Virus record (IMG/VR): IMGVR_UViG_3300028831_000097
Coordinates: 1 to 64,000 of that record
DNA length: 64,000 nucleotides
Strand: one strand, 5' to 3'
From: a virus
In this document: piece after piece, positions 1 through 9,704 of the stretch
Layout: each line of letters opens with the position of its first letter
How positions within the stretch are numbered: the first letter of the stretch is position 1
Program-made: the position numbers and the translations under genes
Notes under the pieces: model-generated
The model's input: only the letters and a program-made list of their open reading frames with translations
Database searches by the model: none
Told to the model about the DNA's origin: nothing

Positions 1-1
1 C

Positions 2-1135
2 ATCAATACCATTACCGGACGCGGGTCACTCGGCGAGCAGGGTAACAAGTACGCGCCCGCTCTCAATCTCGCCATGTTTTCGCCGCGACTGGTGGCGTCG
101 CGGTTTCAATTCCTGAACAAGATGCTCAACCCGGTCGCGTGGGCGCGGATGCCTAAAAGTGCCCGGAAATTGCAGATGGCGGACAATCTCAAATTCCTCG
201 CTGGTACGGCGGCGGTGTTGGGGCTAGCTAAAGCAGCCGGTGCGAATGTCAACCTCGACCCGGATGACGCAGACTTTCTCAAGATCAAAATAGGCAACAC
301 TCGATTTGACACGCTCACCGGCCTACAGCAGCCTCTCCGCTTCACTATCCGCATGGCGAAGGCAATGCGTGGCGGGGAGACATATTCCGGCGACACTAAG
401 GGCGACATCTTTGCTGACTTTACGCGCTCCAAAGCCTCCCCGGAAATCGGCCTCGCTTGGGACTACCTTGCGGGCCAGAACCGCCTCAGCGGTAAGCAGT
501 TTGAAGCGAAAGACGTGGGTCGTAATCTCGTTCCGCTGCCAATGCAGGATTTTGCGGAGGCGATCAAGGAAGACGGGGCGCTGCGCGGATCGCTTGAAGC
601 CCTCCCCTCACTCTTCGGCGTGGGCGTGCAGACTTATCACAGCGCGGCAGAGAAGCCGACGACGGAAGCCGAGAAGCTGGCGCGGCGGTTCATTCGCAAC
701 AAGCTCCCGGATGAAGCTCGCGACCAGCAGCAGATCGACCTTGACACGAAGAAGTCGGAGTTACGTGCACGCGCGCGTCGGGGCGAGGATGTCAGTGGTG
801 ATCTCACAGCATTAGGCGCGCAACTCACCGAGCGTCAGACGAAGGCGATTCTCTCCGCGCGCAACAAATCTCGCCTACAGGAAGACGTGAACCGACTCAG
901 CGCGGAAGATGCTCTGCTCGTTTACTCAGTAGCCACGCCAGCGCAACGAGCGGAGCTGAAGGATATTCTGCAGAAGAAATCCGCCGCTATCGATGCCATG
1001 GCCCCTGAACGTGCCGCTAAGGTTCGCCAGCGCTATGAAGCCGCCGGATTCCAGCGCGGTCCACTGCCGCGCATCCGCGGCGAACGACAGGAGAGAAGCG
1101 AACGCAGATCGAGAGAAGGCTACATTGCGCCCTGA
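2..1135 (+). CDS. Hypothetical protein; 5' end lies outside the window, so only the C-terminal part is present
   Basis: The frame of ORF 74..1135 stays open with no stop back to nt 2. Hydrophobic stretch LKFLAGTAAVLGLAKAAGA is followed by a long charged helical tail. The TGA at 1133-1135 lies 4 nt before the terL ATG. Confidence 0.5.
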   Translation: MNTITGRGSLGEQGNKYAPALNLAMFSPRLVASRFQFLNKMLNPVAWARMPKSARKLQMADNLKFLAGTAAVLGLAKAAGANVNLDPDDADFLKIKIGNTRFDTLTGLQQPLRFTIRMAKAMRGGETYSGDTKGDIFADFTRSKASPEIGLAWDYLAGQNRLSGKQFEAKDVGRNLVPLPMQDFAEAIKEDGALRGSLEALPSLFGVGVQTYHSAAEKPTTEAEKLARRFIRNKLPDEARDQQQIDLDTKKSELRARARRGEDVSGDLTALGAQLTERQTKAILSARNKSRLQEDVNRLSAEDALLVYSVATPAQRAELKDILQKKSAAIDAMAPERAAKVRQRYEAAGFQRGPLPRIRGERQERSERRSREGYIAP

Positions 1136-1139
1136 GAAA

Positions 1140-3239
1140 ATGTCGAAAGTGAAATTCAATCCTGCGGACTTGATCAAAATTATCCCGCCTGAGATGCTGG
1201 AGGAGTTGCCGGAGGTCGCCGATTCCGAACTCTTTTCGCGTATCATCAGCGAACACATCAGTAAGCAGAAGCAGGCCCAGCTCGCAAAAAAGCTCCCCCT
1301 CATTGCGCAACTCCTGACCACGCCCGACGCAGTTGAAGCCGATGGACCACTCGCATGGGTAAAGCGTTTCTACCCGCAAACCTTCACCCGTGACTTCACG
1401 GGTTACCAACGCGACTTCTGGACGTGGGGCTGGGAGATTCAGCCGGACACTTACTATCGTCCGCGAGTGGAATGCGAACCGCGTGGAGCGGGTAAGTCAA
1501 CTACAGCAGAGACATGGGTAACGCAGATCCTCGCCCGCAAACGTCGCAAGGCTATCGGTTACATCTCCGGCACTGAGACTCTTGTTAGCAAGCACTTCAG
1601 TGGTATTCGACGTAAACTGGAGAACACCGAGCTACTCAAAGTCTACCCGCATCTCAAACCTCAAGTACAAAAATATCGCAACGCCTTCAACTCGTGGTCG
1701 CAGGAGCGACTCGTTACCGAAGCGGGACAGATCATTATTCCGATTACCTTGCACGGCAGCAATCGTGGTTTCAAATCCGATGATGACACGCGCTTTGATC
1801 TGCTTGTGTTCGACGACATCGACTCGCTCGGGGAGTCGCCTGAGGTTATCGCCAAGAACATCGATCTTGTGAAGTCGGAAATTCTCCTCGCCGGTTACGC
1901 AAATACACTCAATGTCGTCTTTCAGAATCTCATCCATCGTGACTCCATAGTTGCGCAGGTCATGGACTATCGCGCGGACATGCTCTCCGATAGGGATTTC
2001 CGTGGTCCATACTCGCTGATGAAGTGGTACGACGCGGAGAAAGTGGATCTCCCCGACGGCGGCAAGCGTTGGGTTATCACAGCGGGTGAGCCATCCGACC
2101 CAGCCCTGCCTGTCGAATACTGTGAGTCCGTGCTCAATCAGGTAGGCCGTGACCTATTCGATCGTGAGGCACAGCAGGAAGTTAATAAGGTTGGGGACGA
2201 CAAGGATTTTCGTGAGTGGGATGAGATCTTTCACGTTATCACGCAGTCTGAGATGCGGCGCGGATTTCCAAATGTCAAGCTTGGTGATCAGTATCAATTC
2301 CGTATTCCTAATCGCTGGCATGTGGGACGCGGTCTGGATTGGGGCACTACGAGATCCCATCCTGCCGTGAACGCCTACGTCACCCGTCCTGATCTAACTT
2401 GTCCGCACGATGACTTTCACTTCGTTATCGGCGAGGTCGTCATGCCGAAGTTTCCCTGCGACGCTCATGTTGAGGCAGAAGTCGTCAGTCCCGGTCGCGT
2501 TGCGTCAGGCGCACGAACATTTCAGGAGCGTCTCGGCATACTTCCTAACCAGATCGAGCAGTCCAAGATGTCGCACGAAGCTTCAGCGGCGCTGAACACA
2601 ATGGTCATCGACTTGCCCGATGAGTTGAAACAATTCTATCGCAAGTGGAAGGCACAAAAAGGCTCAGGTGTGCCGCAAATCCAGAACATGCTGGAAATTG
2701 ATAGAAAGAAACTGCATCCCTTTCGTGTTTATCCTGAAGGTCACGAACACGCAGGAATGCCGCTGATGGGCTGTCCGCGCATCTTCTTCGTAGTGGCCGA
2801 TGGGCAGGGCGAGCTTTATCTTGACGGTAATGGCAAGATTCGCGTGCGTGGTGCGACAGACTCTGCCGGGCTGGCCCGCTGCCGCTATGAAATGCCGCTC
2901 TACTCGCATCGTAATCAGGGAAAGAAGAAGATTGACGACGATTTCGTGGACGCGCTCCGTGGTCTAATGTCCACCTTCGGCGTCGCTGCCGGGGCGCTCA
3001 CCGAACAGGAACAAGTCATTGCGGAGACACCTGATCGTTACACCTACGAAGCTCTTCTTGCGCGTTCTCCGTACCAGCACGGACTCACTCCCGAACTGGA
3101 GATGACCTATCGATTCCAACAGGCCCAAGCGAAGCAACGAGCAGAGGCGAAGACGCAATCACTTGTGAGTTTTAACGAATTCAATCAACCTATGTCACAA
3201 GATTATATTGATGCCGATGCTATGGAGATGCTAGGATGA
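1140..3239 (+). CDS. terL: Terminase large subunit
   Basis: ATG at 1140 follows the upstream stop; the 993 start in the ORF track would overlap that gene. Walker A-like PRGAGKST, Walker B-like DLLVFDDID and an RNaseH-type nuclease motif GLDWG in the C-terminal half. 699 aa. Confidence 0.9.
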   Translation: MSKVKFNPADLIKIIPPEMLEELPEVADSELFSRIISEHISKQKQAQLAKKLPLIAQLLTTPDAVEADGPLAWVKRFYPQTFTRDFTGYQRDFWTWGWEIQPDTYYRPRVECEPRGAGKSTTAETWVTQILARKRRKAIGYISGTETLVSKHFSGIRRKLENTELLKVYPHLKPQVQKYRNAFNSWSQERLVTEAGQIIIPITLHGSNRGFKSDDDTRFDLLVFDDIDSLGESPEVIAKNIDLVKSEILLAGYANTLNVVFQNLIHRDSIVAQVMDYRADMLSDRDFRGPYSLMKWYDAEKVDLPDGGKRWVITAGEPSDPALPVEYCESVLNQVGRDLFDREAQQEVNKVGDDKDFREWDEIFHVITQSEMRRGFPNVKLGDQYQFRIPNRWHVGRGLDWGTTRSHPAVNAYVTRPDLTCPHDDFHFVIGEVVMPKFPCDAHVEAEVVSPGRVASGARTFQERLGILPNQIEQSKMSHEASAALNTMVIDLPDELKQFYRKWKAQKGSGVPQIQNMLEIDRKKLHPFRVYPEGHEHAGMPLMGCPRIFFVVADGQGELYLDGNGKIRVRGATDSAGLARCRYEMPLYSHRNQGKKKIDDDFVDALRGLMSTFGVAAGALTEQEQVIAETPDRYTYEALLARSPYQHGLTPELEMTYRFQQAQAKQRAEAKTQSLVSFNEFNQPMSQDYIDADAMEMLG

Positions 3240-3457
3240 ACAGCGGTCTACCAATTCCAATGGCGGCGGGGATGATGCCGAACAAAGCCACATCTAAAGC
3301 TCAGTTCCGATTACTACAGGGAATCAAGCATGGCTCTATCGCTCCGAGAGGCTCCCTGACAGCGGACAAGGCAGGAGAAATGTTGGGCCACCAATCGCCA
3401 AAGGGATTACCCACGCGCAAGCGTTTGAAAGTCAAATATCCATCGCCGAAAAAGTAG
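3236..3457 (+). CDS. Hypothetical small basic protein
   Basis: ATGA overlap with the terL stop; 73 aa, Lys/Arg-rich C-terminus. Confidence 0.45.
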   Translation: MNSGLPIPMAAGMMPNKATSKAQFRLLQGIKHGSIAPRGSLTADKAGEMLGHQSPKGLPTRKRLKVKYPSPKK

Positions 3458-3468
3458 GAGAATATCCA

Positions 3469-3723
3469 ATGCCAGATCTTAACTTCGAGGTTGACTTTAG
3501 CTCCGACGCTGCTATCGCTCCAATTGCTGCTGCCGCATGGGACAAAGTACGCGGCAAGGATGACGCGACCTTCGCCAGTGCGGTAGATGATTTCAAGCAA
3601 CACCTGATCAATCACTGTCGCAGCGCTCTCAAGTCGAATCCATTGCAGGGCAAAACTAACATGGCCCTGTTCGAGCAGGAAGTTGCACGACTCTACGGTA
3701 ACGCGAAAAAACAGGAGGTCTAA
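3469..3723 (+). CDS. Hypothetical protein
   Basis: AGGAG 8 nt upstream of the ATG; in operon register. Confidence 0.55.
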   Translation: MPDLNFEVDFSSDAAIAPIAAAAWDKVRGKDDATFASAVDDFKQHLINHCRSALKSNPLQGKTNMALFEQEVARLYGNAKKQEV

Positions 3724-3725
3724 TC

Positions 3726-4082
3726 ATGGCCCAGCTTGCAGGTTTACATTTCGATCAGCAGCAGCTATCGAAACAGCAGATCGGTGCGGCGTGCAAACAG
3801 GCAGTAGCCGCATACGGTTACTATCCATTTCTTACGGATACGTCTATAGGTAACTCGAATACAAACGCCGCGCTGCAACTTGCGGTACTGGCGGCAGCGT
3901 CAGTGCGTCACGCGGATGAACGCTATGCGGCACCGAGAATTAACCTTGGAATTACCTTAGGGTTGTACTCGGGTGAACTGAGCGATGCGCGATTGGCGTC
4001 ACTGACCACGACTGCGGGCTTGATCGGGTTGACTTACGCTAATCCGGATACGATTGGTGGAGGTTCGCAGCCCCCGGAATAA
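3726..4082 (+). CDS. Hypothetical protein
   Basis: AGGAGG upstream of the ATG; abuts neighbouring genes. Confidence 0.55.
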   Translation: MAQLAGLHFDQQQLSKQQIGAACKQAVAAYGYYPFLTDTSIGNSNTNAALQLAVLAAASVRHADERYAAPRINLGITLGLYSGELSDARLASLTTTAGLIGLTYANPDTIGGGSQPPE

Positions 4083-4472
4083 ATGCTCGGCTATCTGCTC
4101 GTTTCCAAACGCGAATGGATGCGGCACCAACGCGAGTTGTCCGCTGCGCTCAAACGTGCAACCGACGCAGAGGATCGACTCAACTCCGAACGTCAGCGCA
4201 AGGATGCGGCGATCCTCGAACTTGCCTCTCGCGTCGTAACTAAGCACGGGGGCTATGGCCTGCGTTCATCCGTACCTGAAGTCGAATCTCCCGCGCCGCA
4301 CCCGCAACGCTTCACACACGAGCCGACTGAGGCGGATCTGGCCAAGCTTGATTACTACATTAATGAGTATCGTAAGGTTGGTAAGTCTGAAGAGGAAGCG
4401 AGGGCAATTTGGGAAATGGAAATGCGTGGCGAGACGCCGGTGTATCCGTATGAGAGTGAGGTGGAACAGTGA
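4083..4472 (+). CDS. Hypothetical protein
   Basis: ATG directly follows the upstream TAA; charged helical protein. Confidence 0.5.
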   Translation: MLGYLLVSKREWMRHQRELSAALKRATDAEDRLNSERQRKDAAILELASRVVTKHGGYGLRSSVPEVESPAPHPQRFTHEPTEADLAKLDYYINEYRKVGKSEEEARAIWEMEMRGETPVYPYESEVEQ

Positions 4473-4798
4473 ATCGTAGGCTGTTTCTATCGTCGTTAGC
4501 CGCAGCCGTAACAGGCGCGACAGTAGCGTATAGCTTTCCGTCTATCATCGTTCCGAAGAACATTCAGCCTGTCACTGACTATTCTTATGGACCATGCGGG
4601 TTGGCGTATCTTATTAACGAAGGTCGCACTTTTCGCGGTTTGAGTACGTCAACTTTCCCCGATCTGAATGCCTCTTCCGCGAGCTTGAACGGAGTCATAC
4701 TAACCCGTCGAATGATAGAAGATGCTCGTAAGGCGCTCAACGCAATGACGTGGAGAACGAATGAAAACCAGAGGCTATATCAACTGTCCATACTGTAG
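4469..4798 (+). CDS. Hypothetical protein with a twin-arginine (Tat)-like signal peptide
   Basis: GTGA overlap with the upstream stop. The N-terminus MNRRLFLSSLAAAVTGATVAYS matches the RR-x-F-L Tat consensus followed by a hydrophobic h-region. Confidence 0.5.
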   Translation: MNRRLFLSSLAAAVTGATVAYSFPSIIVPKNIQPVTDYSYGPCGLAYLINEGRTFRGLSTSTFPDLNASSASLNGVILTRRMIEDARKALNAMTWRTNENQRLYQLSIL

Positions 4799-4967
4799 AG
4801 AACTAATCACCGTTGAGTCCCGAGATTCGCACGTGATGTTCGTTCATTCCTCCAAGTGGCTTGCAGAACAGGGGCGCGGTAGTGTTCGCTACGCTGATAA
4901 CATGCTGGTCCAAAACTTTCTTTCTGATGATTCTGTAATCGCTCGCATTATGCGTAATGGCCGCTGA
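4761..4967 (+). CDS. Hypothetical small protein, possible C2H2-like zinc binder
   Basis: CPYC ... H-x4-H pattern; overlaps both neighbours, so it could instead be a shadow ORF. Confidence 0.3.
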   Translation: MKTRGYINCPYCRELITVESRDSHVMFVHSSKWLAEQGRGSVRYADNMLVQNFLSDDSVIARIMRNGR

Positions 4968-7584
4968 GCTTCAATCCCCCACGTCAAATTCCACCTACGC
5001 GCTGAATCGTGCGGCTTTGAAACCGCTTTTGGAATTAAAGAGAGGCGCAAAATCCCCTGACTCTTACGTCTCCAAGGCGTTAAAGTCGAAGTTCGACGAC
5101 AAGATGCGCAAGGACCGCGACGTATGGCGCGAGATTCACAACGTCGGTCAACTTACGAGTCTCTTCCTCAACGGCAAGCAGTTCCTCGTTCGCTCTCCCA
5201 TCGACGGCTCATGGGGCGTATTGCCACTCAAAGGCGCGAATCAGGACCAGCGCGCACTCAACATCCTAAACAACATCAAAACTAATCTCCTCGGCAAGTG
5301 GGAGAATTCTTCACCCGACATCGTCATTCGTCCCGGTCGTAATCTCGACACCTGTGTCTCTGCTGCGAAAGCTGCTGACACAATCAACAACTACTACGAG
5401 CGTCAATTCTACGATCACTACTTCACCCAGCAGGAAGCGCTGATGGGGATGACATTCGGTACTTACATCGATCGCTACAGATTTGATGCTGACAAGTGCT
5501 CGATGTCGGTCGTGCAGGAAGTGTTCGAGACGAAGGATGCGCAATTTGGAGAGGGATTCGGCTATTGCGCGGATTGCGAGTACGTCGGGAATGACAGCGA
5601 ATTCAAATCCGCGCTCAGCGGCGATGGTCCCATGTCGCGCGCTATGTGTCCCGAGTGTAGATCTACCGCAGTCGAAGTACTCGATGCGCCAATGGGCCAG
5701 CTCAGCAACGCCGTCGGCAAGCGCGAGCAGCAGCATGGGGATCTCACCTGCGAACTGCTTCCGCTCCCGTCCTGTCGCTGGGATCTTGCCCGTCGTCCTG
5801 AAGACTCGTCATGGTTCATTTACAATCAGGAGATTCCGAAAGGGGCAGTGGATCGCGTACTGGGGAATGTGCTGCTACCGGCTGATGGCCTCCTCGATGA
5901 TACGGGATTGGGCGTGCTACGCGCGCTGCAGAAACAGGGGCAAAGTCTGGCCGGTTACTCGGCCTTCGGCAATCGACGCGACAGACGTGACAGATCCGAT
6001 ACCTGCACCTTCAGTGAAATGTGGCTCTCCCCAGACGACTATGCAGATATCAGTCTCATTGGAGACGAGGAGACAATCGAAGGTCCGCCCCTGCCCAAAG
6101 GGAAACTCACTGACGTATTCCCTGACGGCCTTTGTGCAGTGGGATTGAATAGCATGTCAGTCGTCCTCGCGCTCTATCCTGAGAGACACAAGAATCATAT
6201 CGTCAGTGGTACGTGGTTCATGCAGGCGCAAACCGGGGCAGGACGAGGCTTGGCCGACTCAGTTGAGATTCAAAAGATCTTCAACACGATGAACAACCAA
6301 GCGCTTCAGTACATGACTAGCACTTACACTCCTGCTATTGGCTACGATCAATCCATCTGGAGCGGCTCCCGCGTCAAATACATCGGCACGCCACGCACGA
6401 ACATTCCTTTCGATCTCACTAAACTCCCCGAGGGGCGCAGGCTGCACGATTCGATCTATCAGTTTCAACCTACTGCGATGCCGAGCCAGTTCTTTAGCTT
6501 CGCACAGAACTTCATGAACATTTTGCTCCAGAAGACGAGCATGGTGACAGATTTCGCTAACGGAGAGCCGGGCATCGCGGCGCAGAACACGACTGCCACT
6601 GCGGCTGAGATCGATCAGGGCAACGCAGACTCGATCAATCAACCAATCTTCCTTATCAAGGCCGACGCGCGCCGTCGGGGATCTGAGCACACCATTCGCC
6701 TTTTCCGAGAGCACTTTCCGATGAAGCGTTATTTCGATCTCGGTGGTGAGTACGGCGAACAGGAAGGGATTGAGCTAGCGGCGTCCGACGTGAGCGCGGA
6801 TCTGATCTTCGGAGTCGTCCCCAACTCGGAGATGCCGCAGGGACCGTACACTAGACGTAAGAATCGCATGCAATTCTTCAACGCAGTGGGTGGGTTTGAA
6901 GGGCTCCTCGCCGCCAATCAAGCCGCGCCAAAGATGCTCGCCGCAACTGCACGCGACTTTGACGTGGATATCGAACTCAACGCGAGCTATGACGCGGTTG
7001 CTATTATCTGCCGCAAGCGTCTCAATCAGATGCAGGCAGCGGCGAAGATGGGCGTGAGCGATCCGCAAATCCTTCTTGAAGCAATTGACCCGCCGATTAG
7101 TGAAGTTGAGCCAGACTTGGCCGATTGTGGGAAGTGGTATGCAAATTGGCTCCGTACGGATCAGGGCCAGAATGCTCCGATGCCGCTGAGACTCGCAATC
7201 GAACTCCTCACTCGCATGCTCATTCAAGGTCAGGTGATGCAGGAGTCCGCGCTTGCGATGGGTCAAGGTCAGGTGCAGGCAGCGGGTATGGCGATCCCCG
7301 CAGTCGGGCAGGCAGCGCTGGAGCAGCAGGCGAATCAGCAGGCTGAGCAGACCGAGCCGGACCCGAGTGCGCAGTTGCAGTTCGCGCAGGAGCAATCGAC
7401 TCAACAACACGAAGCAGAGCAGAATGCCCTTGATCGCGAACATGAAGCCTCGATGATGGACAAGGAGCTGGCAAAGGATAAAGAAACGGCGAAAGTAGAG
7501 GCGGATCATAAGATTCGGATTGAGAAGGCTAAGCCGAAGAAGCCAGTTGCTAAACCCGCAAGCGAAGGAGCAGCTAAAAAATGA
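4957..7584 (+). CDS. Portal protein with a zinc-ribbon insertion and a Gln/Glu/Lys-rich C-terminal tail
   Basis: 875-aa ORF downstream of terL and upstream of the scaffold and capsid genes. CADC-x22-CPEC insertion. Low-complexity acidic/Gln C-terminus, as seen in portals. Confidence 0.65.
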   Translation: MAAELQSPTSNSTYALNRAALKPLLELKRGAKSPDSYVSKALKSKFDDKMRKDRDVWREIHNVGQLTSLFLNGKQFLVRSPIDGSWGVLPLKGANQDQRALNILNNIKTNLLGKWENSSPDIVIRPGRNLDTCVSAAKAADTINNYYERQFYDHYFTQQEALMGMTFGTYIDRYRFDADKCSMSVVQEVFETKDAQFGEGFGYCADCEYVGNDSEFKSALSGDGPMSRAMCPECRSTAVEVLDAPMGQLSNAVGKREQQHGDLTCELLPLPSCRWDLARRPEDSSWFIYNQEIPKGAVDRVLGNVLLPADGLLDDTGLGVLRALQKQGQSLAGYSAFGNRRDRRDRSDTCTFSEMWLSPDDYADISLIGDEETIEGPPLPKGKLTDVFPDGLCAVGLNSMSVVLALYPERHKNHIVSGTWFMQAQTGAGRGLADSVEIQKIFNTMNNQALQYMTSTYTPAIGYDQSIWSGSRVKYIGTPRTNIPFDLTKLPEGRRLHDSIYQFQPTAMPSQFFSFAQNFMNILLQKTSMVTDFANGEPGIAAQNTTATAAEIDQGNADSINQPIFLIKADARRRGSEHTIRLFREHFPMKRYFDLGGEYGEQEGIELAASDVSADLIFGVVPNSEMPQGPYTRRKNRMQFFNAVGGFEGLLAANQAAPKMLAATARDFDVDIELNASYDAVAIICRKRLNQMQAAAKMGVSDPQILLEAIDPPISEVEPDLADCGKWYANWLRTDQGQNAPMPLRLAIELLTRMLIQGQVMQESALAMGQGQVQAAGMAIPAVGQAALEQQANQQAEQTEPDPSAQLQFAQEQSTQQHEAEQNALDREHEASMMDKELAKDKETAKVEADHKIRIEKAKPKKPVAKPASEGAAKK

Positions 7585-7937
7585 CAGACAAGGAATTCTT
7601 TACCAGTGAGATGAATAAAGCATTGGAAAATTGCCGGAACCGAGTTATCAACATGGGAGGCGATGCGCACGACGTTGGAATTTTCGTGCCGATTGAAACC
7701 GCTATTTATGGATCCCTTGGAACCGGGAGCTTATACGCAATGGCCGACGCGCTTCTTTCCATGCCTATGACCTCGTGGGAGGCTTTTTATCGAGGCTATT
7801 CAGACTGGGCGCGTGATCTACCGGAACGGAAACTACCCCTTGAGACGGTCGAGGAAAATGCTCGTGGGGCAATGTTGATGGCGTTAAAGAACCGAATTGA
7901 CGATCTTCAGTGGCAGGTTACGCAGGCGGCGGCGTAG
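7581..7937 (+). CDS. Hypothetical protein (head module)
   Basis: ATGA overlap with the portal stop. Confidence 0.55.
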   Translation: MTDKEFFTSEMNKALENCRNRVINMGGDAHDVGIFVPIETAIYGSLGTGSLYAMADALLSMPMTSWEAFYRGYSDWARDLPERKLPLETVEENARGAMLMALKNRIDDLQWQVTQAAA

Positions 7938-7949
7938 AGGAGCGAAAAA

Positions 7950-8162
7950 GTGACCCCTACAGAGGTAATGGACAGGATACATTCTACGCGCTCTCACTTA
8001 ATGCCTGAGATAAAGATTGCAAAACGCTCGCAATCTGATATTCTTCCCTCCCGTAAGGCCCAAGCCCTGCACGGAATAGAGCAAATGGCATCTGAGTTGG
8101 GCCGGATGCAGAAGTTATTGGACGAACTGCGGGCAGACGTATTACATCTGACAGTTGAATAG
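7950..8162 (+). CDS. Hypothetical protein
   Basis: GTG start preceded by GAGGAG; 70 aa, helical. Confidence 0.45.
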   Translation: MTPTEVMDRIHSTRSHLMPEIKIAKRSQSDILPSRKAQALHGIEQMASELGRMQKLLDELRADVLHLTVE

Positions 8163-8187
8163 GCGACCGACCTTTTAATAGGTACTT

Positions 8188-8242
8188 GCCACTGGTTGGG
8201 TCCGCAACGTTTCACGTGAAACCTGCGCACTGAGTCAGTGGC
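8188..8242. promoter_or_regulatory. Nested palindromes in the 89-bp gap upstream of the scaffold-like gene
   Basis: GCCACTG (8188-8194) pairs with CAGTGGC (8236-8242) and encloses the perfect 14-bp palindrome GTTTCACGTGAAAC (8209-8222). CACTGAgTCAGTG lies at 8228-8240. Confidence 0.5.
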
Positions 8243-8251
8243 ATTTGTCAT

Positions 8252-9691
8252 TTGACGACAAGTATGGACGAAGCAACCCAAACGGAAGTAATCGACAGTT
8301 CATCTCCTGCTGTCGAAGCGCCTGAGTCCGGCGCGGTCACTGCTCCGGGTGACGTTCAGGGTGAATCGCAAGCGCAATCTTCTACCGAACAACCAACTGG
8401 GGAGGCTGCGGCTCCCTTCCAGATCCCTGAGAACGACGACGATCTCAAGGGGCAGGAAACCAATCCGCACGTACAGGCGATTGTTCAACTAAGGCAGGAG
8501 TTGCGAGCACGCAATCAGTCGCTCGATGAATACAAGCCGCTGGATAACTGGAAGCCCATCGTCGAGTCAGTCGGCGATCCGCAACTGGCCCAGTCAGCTT
8601 ACGAACTCGTTAATGCGCTCTATACCCCGTCAACGGAGAATCCTTCAGGGTTCGACCCGCGACCGTTCTTGGATCAGGTTGAGACAGATTCACCGGGAAC
8701 AATTAACCAACTCTTTTCGACGATCTGCTCCTATCAAATCCAAGACGACAAGGGCAATCCAACCACTGTAGTACGAGAACTCTACCGTGCGCACGGGTTG
8801 GACCCGGACCGCATTGACGACTATCGCAACATCGACAACCTGCGTGCTTCGGGAATTGTAACTACGGAAGATCTGGCCAAGATACCGGAAAAGTACCACG
8901 AGGCGTTCAAGTCAATGTCGTCTGCGGCGCGTGAGGACCTTCTCGATCAAATGGACTCAAAGCCATTGGTCGCTGAGGAATCCCTTCGTAATGCACAGGT
9001 AGCATTGAAGGCGCTTCAGTACGAGCAACAGCAGGAGCAGGTTAAGGCTACCGAGACTCAGCAACAGGAAGCTCAGTTTAAGCGGCAGGTTGAAACCGCT
9101 GTCACTGAAGGTGTCAATTCCAAAATCTCCGCATGGAGCAATTCCATTCACCAGAAGCTTTCGTCGCAGTGGAAGCCTTCTACTGACGAGACGATCAACG
9201 AGTTCGAGTATGCAAAGGTCATCGGAGCGATTGCGGCGCTGCAACAGCCTGCTTATCGACCTATTGTCGAGAAAGCATTGGGAGCAGACGCAACCAAGGG
9301 CTTCGATGAACTTGTCAACCAATGGTCAACGAGCTACTCCGCTCAGATTGCTTACGAGCAAATGGGCCAGCAGAACAGCATCCCGGCCAAACGTGCAAAG
9401 GCGGCAGCGGATTTAGCCGAGCAGCGGATTCTTCTTAAATTGGGAGATTTCGCCAAACGGCTCTCCGAACCAACCAGCACTCGAACTATTCAATCATCTC
9501 AACAGCAGGCTACCCAACTGGCGGCGGCACAGGGGCGATTCGTACCGACTAATGGCAGCGGTGGAAACCAGCAGGGATTTACAAATCCCTACTCACAAAA
9601 CCCCCATCCCGTCGGCTCGCCGGAGTATTTTGCCTTCAATCGCAAGGTTGACAAAGACTTCCAGCTTACGAACGCGTCAGTGTTTGGCTAA
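8252..9691 (+). CDS. Scaffolding-like protein (acidic, Gln-rich, coiled-coil)
   Basis: Sits immediately upstream of the major capsid gene. Composition is E/Q/A-rich and helical. The start is uncertain: TTG at 8252 or ATG at 8264. Confidence 0.5.
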   Translation: MTTSMDEATQTEVIDSSSPAVEAPESGAVTAPGDVQGESQAQSSTEQPTGEAAAPFQIPENDDDLKGQETNPHVQAIVQLRQELRARNQSLDEYKPLDNWKPIVESVGDPQLAQSAYELVNALYTPSTENPSGFDPRPFLDQVETDSPGTINQLFSTICSYQIQDDKGNPTTVVRELYRAHGLDPDRIDDYRNIDNLRASGIVTTEDLAKIPEKYHEAFKSMSSAAREDLLDQMDSKPLVAEESLRNAQVALKALQYEQQQEQVKATETQQQEAQFKRQVETAVTEGVNSKISAWSNSIHQKLSSQWKPSTDETINEFEYAKVIGAIAALQQPAYRPIVEKALGADATKGFDELVNQWSTSYSAQIAYEQMGQQNSIPAKRAKAAADLAEQRILLKLGDFAKRLSEPTSTRTIQSSQQQATQLAAAQGRFVPTNGSGGNQQGFTNPYSQNPHPVGSPEYFAFNRKVDKDFQLTNASVFG

Positions 9692-9704
9692 GAAGGAGAC
9701 ACCG

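Noticed and set aside
993-1139. The longer terL start at 993 from the ORF track
   Set aside because: It would overlap the upstream gene by 143 nt and add an Arg/Ala-rich, non-terminase-like N-terminus. ATG 1140 follows the upstream stop directly.
9552-9704. The longer capsid ORF start at 9552
   Set aside because: It overlaps the 3' end of the scaffold-like gene in another frame. ATG 9705 has a canonical AAGGAG RBS.
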